This document shows, piece by piece, positions 19,351 through 25,913 of a stretch of DNA of 32,000 nucleotides. Source of the DNA: Thermodesulfobacteriota bacterium. GTDB taxonomy: Bacteria > Desulfobacterota > WTBG01 > JAGOGO01. Every line of letters begins with the position of its first letter. The first letter of the stretch is position 1. A model generated the notes under the pieces. The model made no database searches. It was given only the letters and a program-made list of their open reading frames with translations, and was not told where the DNA came from. The stretch is from NCBI GenBank assembly GCA_026625185.1, contig CP113000.1, forward strand, positions 465,622 to 497,621, read 5' to 3'. The position numbers were made by a program, and so were the translations under genes.

Positions 19351-19451
19351 AAACTCGGGGAGAATATTCGTGCAGACTTGCCTTTGAAGCGAATTTGGAA
19401 ATGGACAATAACCACAGAATGAGGACCTAAGAGTCTCTAAACAACGTACTA

Positions 19452-19473
19452 ATAGGGTATAAATAGGGTATAA
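19452..19473 (+). repeat. Perfect 11-bp tandem repeat x2 (ATAGGGTATAA)
   Basis: Read directly. Confidence 0.8.
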
Positions 19474-19489
19474 ACATAGAAGTTAAGAC

Positions 19490-19507
19490 TTACGTTAAGT
19501 AACGTAA
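19490..19507. repeat. 8-bp perfect inverted repeat TTACGTTA-ag-TAACGTAA, 17 bp outside the tRNA-Arg fragment
   Basis: Read directly. Confidence 0.7.
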
Positions 19508-19523
19508 CTAGTTGTTATTATTA

Positions 19524-19569
19524 GCGCGCCCAGGGTGACTCGAACACCCAACCTACGGATTCGTAGTCC
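19524..19569 (-). pseudogene. Displaced 3' half of a tRNA-Arg(ACG); putative att site of the integrative element to its right
   Basis: Minus strand reads (aagga) CTACGAA TCCGT AGGTT GGGTG TTCGAGT CACCC TGGGCGC G, i.e. anticodon loop (ACG), stem, variable loop, T-arm and 3' acceptor strand. No GCGCCCA 5' acceptor or D-arm is present on the 5' side. Confidence 0.7.
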
Positions 19570-19688
19570 TTTTAATCCACCTTCATATAATTTCACTTAC
19601 CTTCAAAAATCACTTGAAAATTCTGATAGTTTGGTGTATTATTCATTCATATTAATTCATATAAACCCACTTGTTTTCACCGAAAAAG

Positions 19689-19707
19689 TGGGGACAGAAT
19701 GGGGACA
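19689..19707 (+). repeat. Direct repeat TGGGGACA x2 (11-bp period) between att and int; candidate integrase arm-type sites
   Basis: aGTGGGGACAGAATGGGGACAAAT read directly. It lies 45-60 bp upstream of the int start. Confidence 0.4.
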
Positions 19708-19751
19708 AATTCCAGCATACGCTAATGTTTTTCATAATGAGGTAGTTAAAG

Positions 19752-20990
19752 ATGGTAACAAAATGGCACTCAACAAAATTCCCGGGAGTCAGGTATCGGG
19801 AACATAATACCAGAAAACACGGGGTTGGTAAAGATAAATATTTTGCTATTCGGTATCAGAAAGATGGAAAACGTAAAGAAGAAGGCCTTGGTTGGTATAC
19901 AGAGGGATGGTCGGCAAATAAGGCAGCGATCGTCTTAGCAGAACTGAAAAAAGGTTTTGTCACTGGTGAGGGTCCTACTCGGCTATCGGAGAAGCGAGAA
20001 GCTGCGAAGGAAAAGAAGGCTCAAAAACAGGCCAGGAAAAGAGAAGAAGAAATTGATGCCTTAACCTTTGGAAATTTTTTTGAAGAAACCTACTTCCCTC
20101 AATCAAAGCCAAATAAATCTCCCAGGTCATGGGCAAGAGAAGATCAATTTTATCGCTTATGGATTTTTCCGGTCATAGGAGAAAAACCCTTAAAGAAGAT
20201 CTCTCCGCTGGACCTAGAGCGTATTAAGAAGAATATGGCAGAGGTTGGGCGTGCTCCCAGATCGATCCATTATTGCCTCGCCGTTATTCGGCAGGTATTT
20301 AACTTTGCCCGTGCAGTTAGCCTCTATGAAGGCGATCACCCGGTATCCAAGATCAAAAAACCAAAGGTAGACAATAGACGCCTGCGTTTTCTGACCAAGG
20401 AGGAAGCGAGTCGACTCCTCAAGGAGTTAGAATTGAGGAGCCAGCAGTTGCACGATATGGCCCTTCTGTCGCTCCATTGTGGCTTGAGAGCAGGAGAGAT
20501 CTTTGATCTCACCTGGTCGGATGTAGATTTAGAGCACGGTGTCTTAATGCTAAAGGATACAAAAGGAGGGAAGAATAGACCAGCATTTATGACAGAGGAA
20601 GTCAAACACACCCTTAGATCGTTGAAGCGTGGAGGCCCAGGGGATTTGGTCTTCACGGACAGAAAGGGGAATAAAGTCAAGGAAATTTCTAATGCTTGCA
20701 GCAAGGCTGTAAAGGACCTCGGCCTGAATGAAGGCATTGAAGACAAAAGATACCTTGTAACTTTCCACAGCCTCAGGCATACCTTTGCGAGCTGGCTTGT
20801 AGAAAATGGGACCGACCTCTACACGGTGAAGGAGCTCTTAGGACATAGTACTCTTGCGATGACGGAAAGGTATTCACATCTAAGCAATGGGAAACTCCAA
20901 AAAGCTGTTCAGGATCTGGATAGATCATTAGCAAATAGGACGTCAAACAAACTACGACCCACTATGAAGATGAAAACAAATGAAGAATAA
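19752..20990 (+). CDS. int: Tyrosine recombinase / phage-type integrase
   Basis: 412 aa. C-terminal catalytic region LSLHCGLRAGEI...FHSLRHTFASWLVENGTDLYTVKELLGHSTLAMTERYSHL (R..HxxR..H..Y). N-terminal arm-binding-like domain. Confidence 0.92.
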   Translation: MVTKWHSTKFPGVRYREHNTRKHGVGKDKYFAIRYQKDGKRKEEGLGWYTEGWSANKAAIVLAELKKGFVTGEGPTRLSEKREAAKEKKAQKQARKREEEIDALTFGNFFEETYFPQSKPNKSPRSWAREDQFYRLWIFPVIGEKPLKKISPLDLERIKKNMAEVGRAPRSIHYCLAVIRQVFNFARAVSLYEGDHPVSKIKKPKVDNRRLRFLTKEEASRLLKELELRSQQLHDMALLSLHCGLRAGEIFDLTWSDVDLEHGVLMLKDTKGGKNRPAFMTEEVKHTLRSLKRGGPGDLVFTDRKGNKVKEISNACSKAVKDLGLNEGIEDKRYLVTFHSLRHTFASWLVENGTDLYTVKELLGHSTLAMTERYSHLSNGKLQKAVQDLDRSLANRTSNKLRPTMKMKTNEE

Positions 20991-21732
20991 AAAACCCGAT
21001 TGGACAAACCCGGAAGATTACGAGTATAGGGGGGGAGTATTTTGTACTGAGGTGGAATTTTTCTGTTGGGAATTCTTGAGGCGTAACAAGAATTATCGCA
21101 AAGACTGGAAAAGAGAACTGGCTAACTTTCTTGAGCGAAAAAAGCCCTTACAAAAACGAGACAGATTTGAGCTTTCCTTTTGTGGTGTAACACCAGATGA
21201 CCCCAAATGCGCAAAAAAGTACGGCTTAGCTTGGCTTTGCGATCCGGATGAAGACATGCCTAATCTCAGCTTTAAAAACATAAATGGGTCGATTAACTTA
21301 AGCAAGAATGATCTATTTGCACTCGGGATTGACCCTGAAGCACTTGAAGAAATCGAGCCCATAGAAGTTCCAGATAGTAAAGCGGCATATATTTTTGATT
21401 TAAGACTGCCAATTAAACCACAAATCGGGAAGGCAAATGAATTACTCCTAAAGGCTCAGGAATCCCTAAAAGGATGTGGAGCACTAAAACTTTTTAAACC
21501 CATCAAAACACACATGGATGACTGGGCGACATACCTTAGGATTTATGACGCTAGTATAGAGGGTAAAAAACCTTCAGAAATCGCGACGGAAATTTATCCC
21601 AAGGTTCCCGATGTTAAGCCTGATTATTATGGTAGGGACACAGTACGCAAGAATCTACAGGCTGCCAAAAAATTGATTAATGGTGGCTACAAGAAATACC
21701 TCCTCAGTTCGGAAAAATTGCGACACCCCTAA
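20980..21732 (+). CDS. Hypothetical protein with an N-terminal WEFLRRN-motif domain, resembling the transcriptional-regulator-like/DUF6499-type domain seen on integrative elements
   Basis: 250 aa. The motif FFCWEFLRRNKNYRKDW lies near the N-terminus. The gene overlaps the int stop by 11 nt. The family assignment is from memory of the motif only. Confidence 0.45.
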   Translation: MKNKKPDWTNPEDYEYRGGVFCTEVEFFCWEFLRRNKNYRKDWKRELANFLERKKPLQKRDRFELSFCGVTPDDPKCAKKYGLAWLCDPDEDMPNLSFKNINGSINLSKNDLFALGIDPEALEEIEPIEVPDSKAAYIFDLRLPIKPQIGKANELLLKAQESLKGCGALKLFKPIKTHMDDWATYLRIYDASIEGKKPSEIATEIYPKVPDVKPDYYGRDTVRKNLQAAKKLINGGYKKYLLSSEKLRHP

Positions 21733-21813
21733 TAATCCTTTTACAACTATTTCAAACTGGGACAGACTCCTAAGTGTTTATACATCAATATAAATTCACT
21801 TATGGAGGTTCCC

Positions 21814-22050
21814 ATGCATCAACATCAAAGTACCCCAAACCTTACAGCAATGGCTGCGAAATGGCCTTCTGAGTTCGTTTCCCGTGAAAGGGTAAGCGAA
21901 TTTTCCGGAGGCATTCTCCACCCGAGAACTTTGGCAAATTTAGATTCCAAGGGGGAGGGCCCCAAGCGGATCCGCATCGGCAGGAAGGTTGCTTATAACG
22001 TGCATGATCTTTGTGATTGGCTCGCGAAAAGAACACAAAATATTAAATGA
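21814..22050 (+). CDS. AlpA/excisionase-like small HTH DNA-binding protein
   Basis: GGAGG lies 5 nt upstream of the ATG at 21814 (the track ORF begins at 21802). Pattern VSEFSGG..HPRTLANLDSKGEGPKRIRIGRKVAYNVHDLCDWL is typical of AlpA/Xis-type winged HTH proteins. Its position between int and the primase also fits. Confidence 0.6.
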   Translation: MHQHQSTPNLTAMAAKWPSEFVSRERVSEFSGGILHPRTLANLDSKGEGPKRIRIGRKVAYNVHDLCDWLAKRTQNIK

Positions 22051-22061
22051 GGGGTTGAGAA

Positions 22062-23972
22062 ATGGACGAAAGCGAAAAAGTCCCAAGCGAGCTCAAAGAA
22101 CTTCCTCAATGGGTATGCTGGAGGTATGAGGGAAGCGACGGAAAGCAAAAGAAGCGTCCAATTTCCCCAAATTCCGGACGGCCAGCTGCAACAAATGCTC
22201 CAGGTGACTGGAGTACATTCAAACATGCTCAAGAATTTCTTGCTCTTCCCAAGAGCCGTGGAATGGCCGGTATCGGCTTTGTATTCAGTGATTCTGATCC
22301 TTACTGCGGCATTGACATTGACAACTGCCAGAACCCAGAAACGGGAGAACTAACCCCGCTTGCCCAAGCTATCGTCAGGGAAATAGGTTCATATACGGAG
22401 ATTTCCCCAAGTGGCCGCGGAGTGCACATCATTGTAAAGGGTAAGCCACCCTTCCCCAGATGCCGATGCTCTAATTATGGTGTCGAGATTTATTTTAAAA
22501 ATCGCTATTTCACTTTCACCGGAAACGTGCTTGATGAATATCGCGTGATCAAAGACATGCGACCCGAGTCATGGGGTTTTCTCAAGCCCTTTTTTGATCC
22601 GAACCTGCCGCTGTCACCGGACTCATCCCTTAACACTCTAAAATTGCTTCAGGAGCCAGCCCTGGTTGATGATCTGTTGATCTCCAAGGCAATGGCTGCA
22701 AAAAACGGGGAGAAATTTAAGCGGCTTATGGAAGGGGATCTCTCTGACCACGGAGGTGACCACAGTGGGGCAGACATGGCCCTTTGTACAATTCTGGTCC
22801 ACTTGTCAAAAGGTAATAAGGCCCAAATGGATCGCATTTTCAGGACCTCCACCCTAATGCGCCCGAAATGGGACGAAAGGCATAGTGCCGACGGACGAAC
22901 CTATGGGGAGATGACTATTGACAAGGCTATTGAATACACCAAAGAGGAGGGTAACATGGTTACTGAAGGAGAGTGCTTCACAGCAGCCGATCTCATTGAA
23001 AGGGACTTACCCGAACCTAAATTTGTAATTGAGAAGATTTTGGCTGAAGGATTAGCCATTCTTGCTGGGAAGCCCAAAATAGGAAAATCCCTTTTCGCTT
23101 TACAAATGGCCAGTTGTGTTGCCCTTGGAGAAAAAGTTTTGGGAGAATTTAGAACTGAGAAAGGGACAGTCCTCTATTTAGCGTTAGAAGATAATGAAAG
23201 GAGATTGCAGAAACGCATCCGTAAGTTATTGCCCAAGGGAGTCCAGGCCCCAAAGAATTTGATATTCAAAACCATACACCATGGGGGTCTGAACTCGTTA
23301 GATCGTCTTATCAAAGAGTTAGCTCCAGTCCTTGTAATTATTGATACCCTGGCCTGTTTTCGGCCTGGTGCAAAAAGGAAGAACGGCGTGCTTTATGACG
23401 AAGACTATCAAGAGATTAAATCAATTAAAGCTATAGCCGATCAAAACCATACCACGATCCTTCTTATCCACCATCTAAGGAAGATGGAGTCAGTAGATCC
23501 AATTGATACTGTATCTGGAACTTCCGGATTAACCGGGGCCGCGGACACTATCTTGGTGCTGACGAGAAAGGGGACCAGCAGGGTAGATGCAATACTCCAT
23601 ATAAGAGGGCGGGATGTTGAGCAAGATGAGGTTCCGTTAAAGTTCGATCCAAAAAACCTCTCTTGGCAATCCCTCGGCTCGCCATCAAATTTAAAAACTA
23701 CCAATCAACAACAAATTCTTTTTAATGCACTTAAAAATAATTCGTCCCCTGAAAAGCCGCTTACTGTTCCAGAGCTTTCGCAACTAACAGAATTGACCGA
23801 ACAGTATATCCGAAACACACTTCCGAAGTTTTTAGAAGATGGTTCTATTAGAAAGCTTGATAGGGGGAAGTATTATTATATTGGAGATAATAAAGATAAT
23901 GCATTTAATGCAGATATAAATGATAACGATGATAATAAGGATATTGAGGACAATGAGGACAAAGGGGCTTGA
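22062..23972 (+). CDS. Replication protein: N-terminal primase-polymerase (Prim-Pol) domain, PriCT-like helical domain, RepA/AAA_25-type ATPase, C-terminal wHTH and an Asn/Asp-rich tail
   Basis: 636 aa. WVCWRYE...KRPISP, GIGFVFSDSDPYCGIDIDNC, EISPSGRGVHIIVKG (Prim-Pol). GDHSGADMALCTILVH (PriCT-like). Walker A AGKPKIGKS and Walker B LVIIDTL. Tail DNKDNAFNADINDNDDNKDIEDNEDKGA. Confidence 0.8.
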   Translation: MDESEKVPSELKELPQWVCWRYEGSDGKQKKRPISPNSGRPAATNAPGDWSTFKHAQEFLALPKSRGMAGIGFVFSDSDPYCGIDIDNCQNPETGELTPLAQAIVREIGSYTEISPSGRGVHIIVKGKPPFPRCRCSNYGVEIYFKNRYFTFTGNVLDEYRVIKDMRPESWGFLKPFFDPNLPLSPDSSLNTLKLLQEPALVDDLLISKAMAAKNGEKFKRLMEGDLSDHGGDHSGADMALCTILVHLSKGNKAQMDRIFRTSTLMRPKWDERHSADGRTYGEMTIDKAIEYTKEEGNMVTEGECFTAADLIERDLPEPKFVIEKILAEGLAILAGKPKIGKSLFALQMASCVALGEKVLGEFRTEKGTVLYLALEDNERRLQKRIRKLLPKGVQAPKNLIFKTIHHGGLNSLDRLIKELAPVLVIIDTLACFRPGAKRKNGVLYDEDYQEIKSIKAIADQNHTTILLIHHLRKMESVDPIDTVSGTSGLTGAADTILVLTRKGTSRVDAILHIRGRDVEQDEVPLKFDPKNLSWQSLGSPSNLKTTNQQQILFNALKNNSSPEKPLTVPELSQLTELTEQYIRNTLPKFLEDGSIRKLDRGKYYYIGDNKDNAFNADINDNDDNKDIEDNEDKGA

Positions 23973-24192
23973 AGTTTGTCACCAATGTCCTTTTCTATGT
24001 TTTTACCATAGGACAATTATTTAATAAAAATTTCAATAGGTTATGACGTTTGTCCTCAATGTCATCGATATCACCGAAATTTGGAGTTATGAAAACGACA
24101 GAAAAAATGAAAATAATCCTTCAGCAAAATACTGTTTTCCCGGAGATGGAAAAGTAAATCAAAGCATACATTGCTATTAAAACAGGAGTGCG

Positions 24193-24579
24193 ATGGGACG
24201 AAAACGAAAAGAAATTGACCTTCAAGCTATTCTGATGCTGGCATCCAGAGGCATGACTCAGGTTGAGATTGCCAAGGAACTCGGAGTTTCCCATGTCACC
24301 CTTGCAAAACGGATGGGAGAATTGCGGGTAAAGGAAGGTCCCTTGAAAGAATATAGATGCTTGCTGGGCCTTCAGCTTACCGCTCTTCAGTGCAGGAGTC
24401 TGGAGGCACTTACTCCCGAAAAGTTGAATGGCGCCTCCCTAATCGAACTTGCGAGGGCATTTAGTTTTTTAAAAAAAGCCGAACTTTTAATGGAAGGGAA
24501 GCCAACCAAAATTAGGGGAATCTTAGCCTATTTGTTGGAAATGGAAAAAGAGGATAAAGACCCTTTATCCAAAAGTTAG
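24193..24579 (+). CDS. HTH-domain protein (regulator or small-terminase-like)
   Basis: 128 aa. ASRGMTQVEIAKELGVSHVTLAKRM is a classic HTH. AGGAG lies 4 nt upstream of the ATG. Confidence 0.55.
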   Translation: MGRKRKEIDLQAILMLASRGMTQVEIAKELGVSHVTLAKRMGELRVKEGPLKEYRCLLGLQLTALQCRSLEALTPEKLNGASLIELARAFSFLKKAELLMEGKPTKIRGILAYLLEMEKEDKDPLSKS

Positions 24580-24662
24580 CAGGCGACTAAAACCTCAGGT
24601 TAATTTACCAGCTCTTTATCATTGCTTTTAAAGCAACTTACTTGAAATTGTTTTAAATCTTA

Positions 24663-24691
24663 TTGACTTTTTTTTGTTATTTTGATATAAT
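24663..24691 (+). promoter_or_regulatory. Near-consensus sigma70 promoter TTGACT-N17-TATAAT
   Basis: Read directly (ttgact tttttttgttattttga tataat), ~150 nt upstream of the 95-aa ORF. Confidence 0.65.
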
Positions 24692-24838
24692 TGTTTAAAT
24701 TTAAAGACATAAGTCAATTCCTTATTCAACAATAGCCTGGCCTTTAAGGAGAGGCTCATATAACTCCTTCCGTTACATAAAATGCCTAACGGTTATTCAA
24801 CTAAGACGAAAATGGGGTTTAAAGATTAAGAAAGGATA

Positions 24839-25126
24839 ATGGTCATGAAGAAGAACAGCCAGGGAACCAGTATTGACGAGATAATGGAGAAGCACGGATT
24901 TGGAGCCGGGTCGAGCGGAGGTGGATGCGAGTGGTATACAAAGCCCATAACCTATAAAGGGAAAAAGGCCTTTGTCGCTATCACGGATGATGGTGGGTTA
25001 AGCCTTCCTGAATCGCTGGAAGAGCCAATATATGTGGGTATTTATGACATCGATTCAGGCGACGAACTGGAGGAAGCGAAGAAATTCAGCTCTCTGAAGT
25101 TTTATCTGGACACGCTCATAGACTAA
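24839..25126 (+). CDS. Small acidic hypothetical protein (95 aa; the start may be the ATG at 24845)
   Basis: Open frame with its own promoter and terminator. Asp/Glu-rich (ITDDGG, PESLEEP, YDIDSGDELEEAKK). No family recognised. Confidence 0.5.
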   Translation: MVMKKNSQGTSIDEIMEKHGFGAGSSGGGCEWYTKPITYKGKKAFVAITDDGGLSLPESLEEPIYVGIYDIDSGDELEEAKKFSSLKFYLDTLID

Positions 25127-25164
25127 TTCTTACCTCATTAAATTTATAAAATGGTTATTGCAAA

Positions 25165-25187
25165 GGGTCTCAATTCGAGGCCCTTTT
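25165..25187 (+). terminator. Rho-independent terminator
   Basis: GGGTCTC aattc GAGGCCC followed by TTTT. The 7-bp stem contains one G-U pair. It lies 39 nt after the 95-aa ORF stop. Confidence 0.65.
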
Positions 25188-25245
25188 ATATTGACCCAAA
25201 AATCGAACCTCTCCTACCTAAAGAACCAGCCAGCATGCATCCCAT

Positions 25246-25436
25246 GATAATGGTCTCCCAATGACCTGTATCCAGGAAGAAAGAAGGCTATCTTAAAGAG
25301 TAGAAAAGAAAAAAAACGATTGACCTTGGAACTCAAAAAGCAATATAATTTTAAAATAAAAAACAAAGGCCTGGACAACCCTGGGGTCTCAAACTCGGGT
25401 TAGAAAAATTTACTAATTGGGCCTGAAGACATACAT
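25246..25436 (+). repeat. ~190-bp non-coding repeat element, copy B (partner 9033..9220, inverted)
   Basis: See copy A. It lies between the terminator at 25165..25187 and vsr. Confidence 0.75.
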
Positions 25437-25526
25437 TCCCCCAACAAACCGCTTACTGGAGAGGGTAAAAAGTCTGGGGAGGGGTAGACAATAGATATTT
25501 TCACAAAGAAAAAACGCAGCGAGATA

Positions 25527-25913
25527 ATGTCTAAGGTTAAATCTCAGGACACAAAACCCGAGATTGCTGTTAGATCCGCTTTGCACAGGCTGGGATACCG
25601 ATTTCGATTAGGAGGAGGAGGCCTTCCTGGGAAACCCGACATCATCTTGTCCAAATATCGGACAGTTATCTTTGTCCATGGATGTTTTTGGCATCAGCAC
25701 CCAGGTTGCAAAAAATCAAAGATACCGGCTCAAAATTCTCTTTTCTGGTCAAAAAAATTGTCACGGAATAAGGAACGTGACAAAAGAGTTCGAGCTGAGC
25801 TTGAAAAACTGGGATGGAAAGTTAAGTTTCTCTGGCAATGCGAAATTCACCCCAGCGGGCTGCCCGGGCAGTTGAGAAATATCTTTAATAGAGGTAACCA
25901 TGAAATCCGTTAA
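25527..25913 (+). CDS. vsr: Very-short-patch repair endonuclease (Vsr)
   Basis: MSKVKSQDTKPEIAVRSALHRLGYRFRL....LPGKPDIIL.KYRTVIFVHGCFWHQH is the Vsr signature (DTKPE, FVHGCFWH). It overlaps the next gene by 14 nt. Confidence 0.9.
   Translation: MSKVKSQDTKPEIAVRSALHRLGYRFRLGGGGLPGKPDIILSKYRTVIFVHGCFWHQHPGCKKSKIPAQNSLFWSKKLSRNKERDKRVRAELEKLGWKVKFLWQCEIHPSGLPGQLRNIFNRGNHEIR

Noticed and set aside
19323-19473. Possible CRISPR or minisatellite array
   Set aside because: Each repeat has only two directly abutting units and no spacers, and no cas genes are present. This is not a CRISPR array.
19535-19807. 90-aa plus-strand ORF spanning the tRNA-Arg remnant and the int leader
   Set aside because: It starts inside the tRNA fragment, runs through the arm-type repeats and overlaps the int start in another frame. 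It is implausible as a gene.
20336-20780. 136-aa and 76-aa minus-strand ORFs inside int, plus similar antisense ORFs in the primase, methyltransferase and McrB-like genes (21093..21362, 22649..22852, 23441..23704, 26178..26724, 26842..27063, 27677..27949, 28254..29482, 30359..30653)
   Set aside because: All are antisense to genes with clear catalytic motifs, and none carries motifs of its own.
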